In this document: positions 36,397-46,070 of the stretch, piece after piece
How positions within the stretch are numbered: the first letter of the stretch is position 1
Layout of the letters: each line of letters opens with the position of its first letter
DNA from: an uncultured Thermoplasmata archaeon
GTDB taxonomy: Archaea > Thermoplasmatota > Thermoplasmata > Halarchaeoplasmatales > Halarchaeoplasmataceae
Assembly (NCBI GenBank): GCA_964535805.1
Contig: CAZHUM010000002.1
Location: forward strand, 740 to 64,739
Direction: 5' to 3'
Length of the DNA: 64,000 bases
Translations under genes and position numbers: made by a program
Notes under the pieces: model-generated
Databases searched by the model: none
What the model was told of the DNA's origin: nothing
What the model saw: only the letters and a program-made list of their open reading frames with translations

Positions 36397-37259
36397 ATAC
36401 CCCCTCCTATCTCTTTCTTTAGTTTATTGAGACCACTCAAAGCCCTTCTCCTGTCCTCATCACCTAACTCATGAACGCTGTACCTTGCCTCCTCGAACGT
36501 TTTCGTCATATCTGATATGATCGATGAATCTATTCTCAGTTTCTTCACTGCCAATCTCCTGAACTCGCGTGGTGTCATGGAATCGTTATCCTTCAGACCT
36601 CTTTCCTCCAGTGTGTTACACATCCTTTGATAACTCCGTATTATGGTTGAGCGTACATCCTTACCTTGGTGTAGCTCATCGATCGTCTCTTCTACATCAG
36701 AAGTGATCTTTTCCCTCATACCCCCTTCCAATTTTTCTTTCTCGGTTTTCAGTTTATTAACAACGTATGTATTTGCTTTCTTAAATATGTAGATATACAC
36801 GATCAACATCAAGATAACTATTGGTATCAATAGAGCTAATGTATTAGAATAGTTTGCGTAGTAAAAGGTGCCTCCGGGGAAGATTGATGTGAATGATTTG
36901 ATAAAGGGGAGTAATTTCAACATTATAATGAAAACTATACCGCCAAACACATAACCCAGTAGTTTTACTCCCATCTCAAAAGCTTCTTCCTTATCCTTCG
37001 TAAATTCATAAACCGCAGCTGCCGAAGCAACTACCAAACTGGATATAAAGATATAAAAAGCTATCTTGAAAGGAAACTGCACAACAGTAGATCCATCGGA
37101 ACCCCCCGATTCGGAGGCGGGTGCGATCAGATCCGGTGTTTTCTCCCCTCCAGTAAAAACATACGGATAGGCATTGAGCAGGTTCCCTATAGCCCAACAA
37201 GTTAGGAGCAGAAGAAGTATACCAATCAAGACTATGGTCTTTCTACCCGTACTATTCAC
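36393..37259 (-). CDS. DUF4129-like membrane protein (paralog A)
   Basis: The C-terminal conserved block is MTPREFRRLA...FEEARYSVHELGDEDR. TM helices are present. It overlaps the next gene by 4 nt. Confidence 0.55.
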   Translation of the reverse strand: MNSTGRKTIVLIGILLLLLTCWAIGNLLNAYPYVFTGGEKTPDLIAPASESGGSDGSTVVQFPFKIAFYIFISSLVVASAAAVYEFTKDKEEAFEMGVKLLGYVFGGIVFIIMLKLLPFIKSFTSIFPGGTFYYANYSNTLALLIPIVILMLIVYIYIFKKANTYVVNKLKTEKEKLEGGMREKITSDVEETIDELHQGKDVRSTIIRSYQRMCNTLEERGLKDNDSMTPREFRRLAVKKLRIDSSIISDMTKTFEEARYSVHELGDEDRRRALSGLNKLKKEIGGGI

Positions 37260-37296
37260 CTAATAAAATAAGGTTATTTGTTATATAAGAGTGTTT

Positions 37297-37896
37297 TCAC
37301 CCCAATCCCTCCATCTTGTCCATCACCCTCTCGATCCTTTTCTTGTAATCCTGGGGAGTCTCCCTCGACCTGTCCGAGAACAATCTCGCCGCGCCGCCTG
37401 CGTCCCTGAAGTCCTTACTGGTCTTCAGGAACTCGTAGATGTCTTCGTCCCCTATCTCTTTCTTCAATTTTTCCATGTCATCCATGAGCTCATCTATCTC
37501 ATCTGGAGAGAGACCTCTGTCCTGCTTCAAGCTCTCGATGATGTGGTCTTTCAACCTCTCCTCTAGCAGTGCCTGGCTGGCATCGTATCCCTTGAAAGCC
37601 CTCTGTACCAGCTCCGAGGTCTCACCCAGCTTGGAGCCGACCCGCATGTTCAGCTCGTTCTTGCGCTTCCAGCTCTCCAGGGGCTGTGATCGGCGGTACA
37701 TCAGAAGAGCTACGATGCTGGCGATGATCCCGAGAGAAAATATGCTGATTGTCCACCGGAGCATGCCGGAATAGGGTGACCACGGTATGAACACTATGAG
37801 CATGAATATCATCAGAATGGTCACGAACTTGAACACATTCTCGAAGCCTTCTCTCTCTTTCTTGTATTCCTTTTCAATCCGTTCCATGGGCACCAC
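37297..37896 (-). CDS. 2-TM membrane protein, paralog 4
   Basis: Same family; contains WKRKNELNMRVGSKLGETSELV. Confidence 0.5.
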   Translation of the reverse strand: MVPMERIEKEYKKEREGFENVFKFVTILMIFMLIVFIPWSPYSGMLRWTISIFSLGIIASIVALLMYRRSQPLESWKRKNELNMRVGSKLGETSELVQRAFKGYDASQALLEERLKDHIIESLKQDRGLSPDEIDELMDDMEKLKKEIGDEDIYEFLKTSKDFRDAGGAARLFSDRSRETPQDYKKRIERVMDKMEGLG

Positions 37897-38782
37897 CTCC
37901 CAGCTCGTCTCTCAGAGCGTTCAAGCTTGTCATCGCTTTCTTCCTGTGCGTATCACCGAGTTCATGTCTGCTGTACCTGGCCTCTTCGAACATGGATGTG
38001 AGAGTCTCGAGAGTCCCTTTACTGACATCCAGCCTTCTCACAGCAGTTACTTCGAACTCCCTGGGAGTCATGAAGTCATCCTGCTCTACGCCGGTGTCTT
38101 CAAGCACACGGCACATGGATTGGTAACAGCGTATCACGGTCGATCTAACGTCCTTACCCTTGTACAACTCGTCCACTGTTTTCTCCACGGTCGATGATAT
38201 CTCATCCCTGATATCCTCTTCCTCGCCGAGCTCCATCTTATCGTACAGGTAACTGTTCACTCTGTAGTAAACGATCACACCCAATAAGCCCACCCCGACC
38301 AGCAGCAGTATAACTCCACCGATGGACCCACCTATCAGCGGTATTGGACTTCCACCGGTTCCACCATCGCCAGATGGCGGCTCTATGGCGTCCCCGATTT
38401 TCATCTGGCCAGGAGAAAATATAAGAACGAATATCAACATGGCCAACCCGGTGCCTATCGCAGTTGCTATAAGTTTAACCACCATGGTCTTGTCCTTTTC
38501 TATCACGGCTACAGCTACTGCCAGTATAGAAAGTACGATCAGAGCTCCGATAAAGAAGTAATATATGTACTTGATGAGTTTTGCATCCGCCCCCTCTACC
38601 TCACCCGTTCCAGCACTCCCCTGGTTGAACTCCGGATACTCGTCCTCCCCTCCGCCGTATATATGCGGCAGCGTATACAAAAGGTTGCCCACCGCCCAGG
38701 AGGCCAATATCAAAAGAATTACCGCTATGCCGAGGACTGTTTTCTTATCCAGGTTTCCACCTAGTTGAATAATTAGGTCCAA
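37874..38782 (-). CDS. DUF4129-like membrane protein (paralog B)
   Basis: The C-terminal block is MTPREFEVTA...FEEARYSRHELGDTHR. A Gly-rich segment and TM helices are present. Confidence 0.55.
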   Translation of the reverse strand: MDLIIQLGGNLDKKTVLGIAVILLILASWAVGNLLYTLPHIYGGGEDEYPEFNQGSAGTGEVEGADAKLIKYIYYFFIGALIVLSILAVAVAVIEKDKTMVVKLIATAIGTGLAMLIFVLIFSPGQMKIGDAIEPPSGDGGTGGSPIPLIGGSIGGVILLLVGVGLLGVIVYYRVNSYLYDKMELGEEEDIRDEISSTVEKTVDELYKGKDVRSTVIRCYQSMCRVLEDTGVEQDDFMTPREFEVTAVRRLDVSKGTLETLTSMFEEARYSRHELGDTHRKKAMTSLNALRDELGGGAHGTD

Positions 38783-38846
38783 TTGTTATAATAAAGTTTT
38801 GCAAAAAAAGGATAAAAAGTAAATATGCCACTTTGTTGTTTTTAAC

Positions 38847-40136
38847 TTGATGGATATTAATAGGCCTTCGATGCACATATTGACCATCCTTATCGTTGTA
38901 ATGCTCTTTTTTAATTTCAGCTTTTTAGGAATTGTAAGATCCGATGACGGCGATCTGGCTGATTCAGCCTGGCCCTGCTACAAAGGTGACATGAGACGAG
39001 TTGGAAGGAGCGAACAGGACGTGTCTAAAAACGGCCGTGAGATCAGATGGAATCTTTACATCAACCGATACAAGGTTACTTCGTCTCCATCGATAGGGGC
39101 CGACGGTACGATCTACCTGGGCTCGGACACAAACAAGCTGTATGCGGTCACACCGGATGGAGAGATCAAATGGACACAAAAGATCGGTGAGACGCCTAGT
39201 GATTTCTTCGGAGACGATGCCACTTCGAGAAGCTCTGCTTGCATAGGTCCAGACGGCACCATCTACATCGGCTCTTCCAGTAAAAAGATGTTCGCTATCA
39301 ACGAAGATGGAGATATGATATACAACTATTCTACAAACGAGAAGATCGATTCTTCACCCATCCTGGACCCCAAAGGGAACCTTTATTTTGGAAGCACGGA
39401 CGGATATATCTACAAATTAAATGATTCCTTCGGGTTGGAATGGAAGTACGATACGGGGAGCAGTATAGTATCCTCACCAGCTATCGATGAAGACGGTACT
39501 GTCTACATAGGTAATAAGGAGGGGGAGTTATTAGCATTCAATCCCGATGGAGATATCGAGTGGAATTATTCCTGTGAAAGTGAGATCCAGTCTACTCCTG
39601 CGGTCTCCGATGAAGGCGATATCTATTTCGGGACGTGGGAAGGTGTTGTATACGCACTGGACGGAGAGGGAAACGAACTCTGGACGTACGAAACCGAAAG
39701 CTACATTGAATCATCCCCTTCCGTCGATAGAAACGGTGTGATATACATGGGCTCCTGGGATCGTAACTTGTATGCATTGAACCCCGATGGTTCTTTGAAG
39801 TTGAAGTACGAGACTGCCAGCATGGTACGGTCTACTCCGATAATTGATAAGAACGGCATGATAATCTTCGGCTCTGACGATTCGAATATATACGTGCTTA
39901 CACCGGATGGAAGATTAGACTGGAAGATAAGCATACAAGATAAAGTCCTATCTTCACCCGCTCTAGGCGAAGACGGGACCATATATGTGGGTTCAGGGGA
40001 CGGAAGATTATATGCCATCAACGAAAAAAGCCATAAGGACAAGATAGAATCCATTTTCTGGACGATTGTCCCGATAATAGTCATCATCGTAGTCGTCTTT
40101 TTATTCGTTATACTGATCAAATTAAGAGAGAAATGA
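38847..40136 (+). CDS. PQQ-like beta-propeller repeat protein with signal peptide and C-terminal TM anchor
   Basis: About eight repeats of SSPAI..DGTIY-I/V-GS.D..LYA...DG...W. The C-terminus is IVPIIVIIVVVFLFVILI. Confidence 0.75.
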   Translation: MMDINRPSMHILTILIVVMLFFNFSFLGIVRSDDGDLADSAWPCYKGDMRRVGRSEQDVSKNGREIRWNLYINRYKVTSSPSIGADGTIYLGSDTNKLYAVTPDGEIKWTQKIGETPSDFFGDDATSRSSACIGPDGTIYIGSSSKKMFAINEDGDMIYNYSTNEKIDSSPILDPKGNLYFGSTDGYIYKLNDSFGLEWKYDTGSSIVSSPAIDEDGTVYIGNKEGELLAFNPDGDIEWNYSCESEIQSTPAVSDEGDIYFGTWEGVVYALDGEGNELWTYETESYIESSPSVDRNGVIYMGSWDRNLYALNPDGSLKLKYETASMVRSTPIIDKNGMIIFGSDDSNIYVLTPDGRLDWKISIQDKVLSSPALGEDGTIYVGSGDGRLYAINEKSHKDKIESIFWTIVPIIVIIVVVFLFVILIKLREK

Positions 40137-40140
40137 TCCA

Positions 40141-40944
40141 ATGATATTCTATTTCCCTGGAAGAAAATTCCCAAGTCTATCTGTGACCGGTGAAAGGTGC
40201 TCACTTTTCTGCCCTCACTGTAAAGGTGAATATCTCAAGGGGATGGAAAACGTGGATACACCTGATAAGCTGTATGAGCTAGCTGTAAATATGGAAGAAA
40301 AAAAATACCTGGGATTTCTCCTAAGTGGTGGATGTGACGAACATGGAAGGGTGCCTTTGGAAGGTTATTACGATACTATAAAAAGAATCAAGAAAGAAAC
40401 ATCTCTAAAGATAAATGTCCACACTGGACTACCCGACGATAAGATGGTTAGGGAACTGACTAGAACGGATATAGATGTTATTTCATACGACGTCATCGGC
40501 TCCCGAGAGGTTATCAAGAATGTGTATGGACTCCACAGGACACCGGAAGATTACTATCAAGGTTACAAAAGGCTAATCGAGCACGGAGTTGACACCGTTC
40601 CACACATAACCGTAGGTCTAGACGAGGATAAACTCAATGGGGAACTGAAGGCCTTGTATCAAATCCGAGACGCTGAAAAGATAATCCTGAACTCTCTAAT
40701 ACCTTCGGATTACGGACGCCGTGTGAAAACGGACGATTTCTTACTCGTTTTAGACCATGCTCTAGACGTGAGTGATGCTGAGATAGTCCTTGGCTGCATG
40801 CGGGAGAAGGGGAGAGCTGATTTGGAGATCGAGTCCATAAAAAGGGGAGTTTCAGGTATAGTCAATCCGTCTTTGAAAGCGAGAAGATGGGCTGGATCTA
40901 GATACGATATAGTGAGAAAAGAAGTCTGCTGTGCCCTAGAATAG
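40141..40944 (+). CDS. small radical SAM protein
   Basis: CSLFCPHC is the CxxxCxxC radical-SAM triad. GFLLSGG resembles the SAM-binding GGE motif. It starts 4 nt after the propeller gene. Confidence 0.6.
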   Translation: MIFYFPGRKFPSLSVTGERCSLFCPHCKGEYLKGMENVDTPDKLYELAVNMEEKKYLGFLLSGGCDEHGRVPLEGYYDTIKRIKKETSLKINVHTGLPDDKMVRELTRTDIDVISYDVIGSREVIKNVYGLHRTPEDYYQGYKRLIEHGVDTVPHITVGLDEDKLNGELKALYQIRDAEKIILNSLIPSDYGRRVKTDDFLLVLDHALDVSDAEIVLGCMREKGRADLEIESIKRGVSGIVNPSLKARRWAGSRYDIVRKEVCCALE

Positions 40945-40945
40945 C

Positions 40946-41809
40946 TCACTCGTATATACTGCCTTCACCAGAGTATCTTTTCTTTATAGGATACATTATG
41001 TAAACCCATACAGAATAAGCGACGATGAACCCCAATGATAATAGAGAATACGGATAAGTCCTGTTCAAAGGTAGATCTGTGATGATATCGTACTCGACGG
41101 TGGCGTTGTGAGTAGTATTCATGACCACGTAGTATTCCTCGAATTTTACACGAGGGTCGGGCATGTTATATTCGAAGGGTTCTTGATATTCAGCCTTCTT
41201 GGGCTTATTGACACCCCGGTTGAGATACAGATCTGTCCTGTTGGCCTCGTAATCTTCTATGGATAGGACCTTGACGCTGACTTCAACTAATTCTAGGTGA
41301 CTCAAGTTATGCGTATCCAGCACTCTAACATTGATCTGGTCGGTGAAGATGTAGTTGAACCTACCGCGAGGAACGAAATATATCGTCTCGTCTTCGGAGG
41401 TATAAATGTCAACTTTATGACTTGATGTGGTATGTTTTTCTATCTGAGCGGGTATGAATGGGGTCGCCGTGATACCGAGTATGATTATGGATATAATTAT
41501 TATCGTGTACGCCTTCTTCATGGAGTGCTGGGCCATGATAAATTTTGCACTTTCGCTCTTACGGTACCTTATCTCCAGGATTCTGAAAGCGAATGACTCT
41601 ATGGCAAGGACCAGCAGCCATAGATAAACAATCACTAGGGGGAAAAATATAGGTAGATAAAAGGGTTTAAACTTGGCGCCGGTCAGATAAACGAAAAGTG
41701 AAAATATCACTACAATGGCTATAGTTTGTGGGATGTAAGCAAGTTTAGCCAATCTCTTTACCCTTTCGATTTGGTATGCTCCTTCCAATTTGCTGTATTC
41801 ATCATCCAT
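40946..41809 (-). CDS. hypothetical membrane protein
   Basis: Several TM helices and a large extracytoplasmic domain. Confidence 0.45.
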   Translation of the reverse strand: MDDEYSKLEGAYQIERVKRLAKLAYIPQTIAIVVIFSLFVYLTGAKFKPFYLPIFFPLVIVYLWLLVLAIESFAFRILEIRYRKSESAKFIMAQHSMKKAYTIIIISIIILGITATPFIPAQIEKHTTSSHKVDIYTSEDETIYFVPRGRFNYIFTDQINVRVLDTHNLSHLELVEVSVKVLSIEDYEANRTDLYLNRGVNKPKKAEYQEPFEYNMPDPRVKFEEYYVVMNTTHNATVEYDIITDLPLNRTYPYSLLSLGFIVAYSVWVYIMYPIKKRYSGEGSIYE

Positions 41810-41859
41810 TGAATTCCCTACGATATATTTACTTTCAGCATATCTATATATTTGTTCAT

Positions 41860-43095
41860 TTATAGAAGTTTCGCTTTGAATTTAGATATCAAGAAGGGTG
41901 CGGCGTACTCGGGTACTTCCATCTCATCTCCCAGCTCGAATTCCTTTTCCCCGATCTGTATAGAATCGATTTTTGGCACGATGTCGAGAGATACCTTGTA
42001 TTGTTTATCTGACAGGTAAGTCGGAACCGCACTCACCAGAGGATTAAATCCGTCCAACTCGTCTAGCGGTATGGTAACTACTGTCAAGAATGAACCCGCG
42101 TGGATCGAATTCTGCAGTCTGATCAATCTCTTTGTATCACCGGTGACGGGTTCGTCAGTGGTGCCCACGATATCTTCACCGATCTCCTGGATATTGTGTT
42201 CATCGATTATACCCTCTATGATCTTCTGGAATGTATCCACTTTGACCTTTGATTTCTCTGGAAAGATGTCAAGGACGCCTTCATCGACGACCAATTTCCA
42301 TTTGCCTTCTGTATAAAGGTGTTTGTAAAGCCCCTGTGCGGTTTTTTTGCCGATGCCGTGCTTCTGCATCATCTCTTCCAGTACCTGGTCTTCGGGGAGA
42401 GATGACCATCTCTTCAGTAACTGTATGGTCAACTTTCTAGTTCTCTTCCTCCATCCGCCTTCTTCCTCAGGTGGTAGTTCGGGGCTCTCCGCATGTGTAG
42501 CGAATTCCTGGAAACGGTCGACTTCGAACACTTTTTTAGGGAGGATCACATCGGGGTCTAAACCCTTTCCAGTGATGTAATCCACTATCTCCCTTCTAGC
42601 CTGCCTGGACATTGGGTGGACGTCCTTTCTCCTAACGTGGATGTGATAACCCCTATGGCCTGAGAAATTGACGGTGATATCCTCTTCATCGAAGCCAAAA
42701 TCATCGAGTAAGAAATCGTCTATGAGCAGTTTCGTTTTCTTCCTGACCAGTTTCAACTGTTCTACGTAACACAACTCTTCTCCACCGGGTAGGTGATCCG
42801 CGTCCAGATCGAAGACGAGATCGGCTCCCAGCCAATCTTTGTCCTTCATGGGGGCATAGGGGTTTGAATAGTAAGCTGTTGAATAGTATGAATGGATCGG
42901 GATCTTCTTACGTAGGAACGAGACCACTTCCTTTTTCGTATCGAAGGCTACCGGTCGATGCATACCGCTCCCTCCCATGTAGATGAATGCGTACTCTCTC
43001 ATAGTGAATCGGGGAGGGAGTATGGGTTCTATGCTGTTGTAATGCTCTCTCAATACCCTCGATAGGAAGTGTCGTGTCTTTGCCTCTCTGTCCAC
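41860..43095 (-). CDS. priS: DNA primase small (catalytic) subunit PriS
   Basis: DLVFDLDADH is the catalytic acidic motif of archaeo-eukaryotic primases. SGHRGYHIHV is the second conserved block. Confidence 0.8.
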   Translation of the reverse strand: MDREAKTRHFLSRVLREHYNSIEPILPPRFTMREYAFIYMGGSGMHRPVAFDTKKEVVSFLRKKIPIHSYYSTAYYSNPYAPMKDKDWLGADLVFDLDADHLPGGEELCYVEQLKLVRKKTKLLIDDFLLDDFGFDEEDITVNFSGHRGYHIHVRRKDVHPMSRQARREIVDYITGKGLDPDVILPKKVFEVDRFQEFATHAESPELPPEEEGGWRKRTRKLTIQLLKRWSSLPEDQVLEEMMQKHGIGKKTAQGLYKHLYTEGKWKLVVDEGVLDIFPEKSKVKVDTFQKIIEGIIDEHNIQEIGEDIVGTTDEPVTGDTKRLIRLQNSIHAGSFLTVVTIPLDELDGFNPLVSAVPTYLSDKQYKVSLDIVPKIDSIQIGEKEFELGDEMEVPEYAAPFLISKFKAKLL

Positions 43096-43196
43096 GGACT
43101 ATGGTAGATACATAAAAGTATTATAAGATTTTTGAGTGGGGCCTCGATTACCAATAAACAAAATCTTTATTAACACCCTTAGATGCATCATATTCC

Positions 43197-44057
43197 ATGG
43201 GTCACATCGCTAAGATATCGGGGATGTTCACTTTCATGATACTGCTTTTCGCAGCTATAGGGTTCCTAGTCGGTGAATTCTTCTTTGGAAACTGGATGAT
43301 GGGTATAATCATCTTCCTTGTAATAGCGGGCGTGATGAACTTTGTAGCATATTTCTACAGCGACAAGATAATATTGAAAAGGTATGGCGCACAGATCATC
43401 GAAGAAGGGGAGAACCCGCGTCTGTTCAATATCGTCAAAGAGGTCGCCTACGAAGCAGATATCCCGATGCCAAAGGTGGCTATAGTGCCCATGGGAGTTC
43501 CCAATGCCTTCGCAACGGGAAGGAACGAAAAGAACGCTGTTGTAGCAACCAGCCCGCCGCTTCTACAGCTGCTCGATGACGACGAGTTGAAGGGGGTGCT
43601 CTCCCACGAAGTGGCCCACATCAAGGACAAAGACATGCTCATAATGAGTGTCGCAGCCACACTTGCGGGTGCGATCACCTTCGCAGCAAGGATGGTCTGG
43701 TGGAACATGTTCTTCAGCCGAAGAAGGATAAATCCAATATTTTTGGTTGTCATGATCCTGGCCCCCATCGGTGCGATAATGATAAAGATGGCGATATCGA
43801 GGAAGAGGGAGTATCTCGCAGATGAGGAGGGTGCTAAGATCTGCAAGAACCCGAACGCATTGGCTGATGCTTTGGAGAAACTGCACTACCAGAACAAAAG
43901 AAGTCCGATCAAAAAAGGAAGTCCAGCATCCGCATCTCTATTCATCGTCAATCCTTTCAAGAAGAGCGCTTTCGTCAACCTTTTTTCCACTCATCCACCT
44001 ATGGAAAAAAGGGTAGAGCGTCTGAGAAAGATGGCAGTCGAGTTCAGCTATCTTTAA
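43197..44057 (+). CDS. htpX: zinc metalloprotease HtpX (M48)
   Basis: HEVAH zinc-binding motif, four TM helices, and EYLAD..GA downstream. Confidence 0.85.
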   Translation: MGHIAKISGMFTFMILLFAAIGFLVGEFFFGNWMMGIIIFLVIAGVMNFVAYFYSDKIILKRYGAQIIEEGENPRLFNIVKEVAYEADIPMPKVAIVPMGVPNAFATGRNEKNAVVATSPPLLQLLDDDELKGVLSHEVAHIKDKDMLIMSVAATLAGAITFAARMVWWNMFFSRRRINPIFLVVMILAPIGAIMIKMAISRKREYLADEEGAKICKNPNALADALEKLHYQNKRSPIKKGSPASASLFIVNPFKKSAFVNLFSTHPPMEKRVERLRKMAVEFSYL

Positions 44058-44099
44058 TCGTGAGAATTTTTAAGTACCTAAGTATTTATGCTGTTAGAG

Positions 44100-45032
44100 A
44101 TGGTATGCTGTTCAGCCCCAGGCAAGGTCATACTTTTCGGAGAGCACGCAGTTGTTTACGGCAAACCAGCCATAGCGCTGTCAGTGAATAAAAGAATATC
44201 TTCAACTATCTCATGGGGAGATAAAAAAACGACCATAAATCGGATGGAGTTGGACGAAGAAAAACAGCCGTTTTTGGTCAAAGCCATGGAGAAAACAAAT
44301 ATCGAAGAACCGCTTTCTATCACCACTAAAAGTGATCTGCCAAGCGGAGCCGGGATGGGATCATCCGCTGCGCTCGCTGTTTCTCTCTTGGGCTCACTAC
44401 ATGCTTTGAAAGAAGATGAGGAAACGGATGAAACAATAGCGAAGGAAGCTTTCGATGTGGAGTACGAAGTCCAGGGTAGTGCCAGCCCCATTGACACTTC
44501 TACATCCGTGCACGGTAAGGCGATCTTCATATCGGATAGAAAGGAAAAGAACCTACTTTGGTCCATCTCTAAAGGAGATAAATTATGGAATATACACCAC
44601 TTGGACATCCCGAAGATGAATTTGGTCATCGGGCATACTGGGGTCCACGCTCCCACAGGCCCCCTCGTAGAGATGGTCGGTGAATTTTACAATACCAATA
44701 ATTTTGCCAAAGAGGTCGTCGATGAGATAGGCCGCGTCGTCCGACAAGGGAAAAAAGCGCTTAACGATGGTAACCTTGAAAAGATTGGAAGTTTGATGAA
44801 CAAGAATCACAAACTGCTGAGGATCTTAGGAGTTAGCCATCCGAGATTGGAATCGTTGGTGAGATCGACTAGAAAACATTCATATGGATCAAAATTAACA
44901 GGAGCCGGTGGAGGTGGCGCAATGATATCTTTGACAGATGAACCGGAAAAGGTAGCTGAGATAATCGAGAAACGAGGAGGGGAACCATATACGTTCAAAC
45001 CTTCAAAGTACGGTCTACGTTTAGAAGAATAA
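44100..45032 (+). CDS. mvk: mevalonate kinase
   Basis: SAPGKVILFGEHAVVYG and the GHMP ATP motif PSGAGMGSSAA. Start moved to ATG (MVCCSAPGK). Confidence 0.85.
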   Translation: MVCCSAPGKVILFGEHAVVYGKPAIALSVNKRISSTISWGDKKTTINRMELDEEKQPFLVKAMEKTNIEEPLSITTKSDLPSGAGMGSSAALAVSLLGSLHALKEDEETDETIAKEAFDVEYEVQGSASPIDTSTSVHGKAIFISDRKEKNLLWSISKGDKLWNIHHLDIPKMNLVIGHTGVHAPTGPLVEMVGEFYNTNNFAKEVVDEIGRVVRQGKKALNDGNLEKIGSLMNKNHKLLRILGVSHPRLESLVRSTRKHSYGSKLTGAGGGGAMISLTDEPEKVAEIIEKRGGEPYTFKPSKYGLRLEE

Positions 45033-45336
45033 TTGAGTTGATTACTGATATTTTTTAATAGACTACATTTGATAATAGATCGATGAGGGATTCAGCTAGC
45101 TATAGATTCTATAACTCCTTTACATCATTCGCGGATCTGAATACTAGAGGGGTTCTGTCTGACGGTATAATCTATCTAAAATGTCATCGTGCCAGTGAGA
45201 CGGAGATACAGCTTTGGATAAGATGAGTTAAAATGAGTCAGGGTAAAACACAACCAAAATTGCTTCACTCTGTTACACGCGAAGGGAAACTTCTAGATAG
45301 CTAGAGTTATAACTGAAAGATAGAAAGGAGTTGTGT

Positions 45337-45717
45337 TCAGTAGGGTCTTATCTTCTTACGGTCTACTGCGATACCGCTTGGTGTTACTGCTAGGAAATTA
45401 TTGCTCAGAGCTGCTACGTCACCAGTTACATCATTCGCCACAGCTTTCAGTTCGCTCTGTACTCTGTTCATGGCTTCTTGATTCCCAGCAATTGCATCTA
45501 TATCGATCAGTAAGATATTGCCGTCGTAAACGATATCCGTGATATTCCTTACATCTTCGTACCTGTGGATCTCAGCAACTTTGATCATCACATCCGCTTC
45601 AACCTCTATACCACCTTCTTCCATGAGCTCTCCGAGGTCGATGTACTCTTCCGAGCCGAGTTTTTCTCCCTTCTTCGCTTTTTTATGGGTCTTCTTCTTA
45701 AAGAAATCTCCGATCAT
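45337..45717 (-). CDS. sepF: cell-division protein SepF homolog
   Basis: DVMIKVAEIHRYEDV..ITD..YDGNILLIDIDAI fits the SepF/DUF552 core. The ORF-track start is a GTG, so ATG (MIGDFF) was used. Confidence 0.6.
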   Translation of the reverse strand: MIGDFFKKKTHKKAKKGEKLGSEEYIDLGELMEEGGIEVEADVMIKVAEIHRYEDVRNITDIVYDGNILLIDIDAIAGNQEAMNRVQSELKAVANDVTGDVAALSNNFLAVTPSGIAVDRKKIRPY

Positions 45718-45764
45718 ACGCTTCACTTCACGGGTGTATGTTTACAAGGGCATAAAAATGTATC

Positions 45765-45784
45765 GGAAAATCTTGCGATTTTCC
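45765..45784. promoter_or_regulatory. perfect 20-bp palindrome GGAAAATCttgcGATTTTCC upstream of the sepF TATA box
   Basis: Read directly from sequence. A second, imperfect copy (ggagaaaatcttgcgattctcc) lies at 45819..45840. Confidence 0.5.
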
Positions 45785-46070
45785 AAACACTTCTCAAGCA
45801 AAGCTTTCGAAGTCTATCGGAGAAAATCTTGCGATTCTCCAAAGATCCCTCTGCCTTCACTTTCTTCCCTTCGGTCGTAAAATGATGGCCACAGAATAAA
45901 AGGTTCTACTTCTACATCATTTATTCACGATGTTCATAAAGGATGTAGACGACGGGATTCTGTTCAGAATATTCGCTGCGCTCATATTCTAAACGCTCAT
46001 CTATTAAAATAGATTCGCGAACCAAGGTTCTCAACCCTCTACCTCCACTTTCCTCCCGTTGGTCGTAAAG

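Noticed and set aside
45858-45970. Box C/D sRNA in the segment between the duplicated tRNA-Trp flank pieces
   Set aside because: C-box-like ATGATGG is present, but there is no properly placed CUGA D box or terminal stem on either strand.
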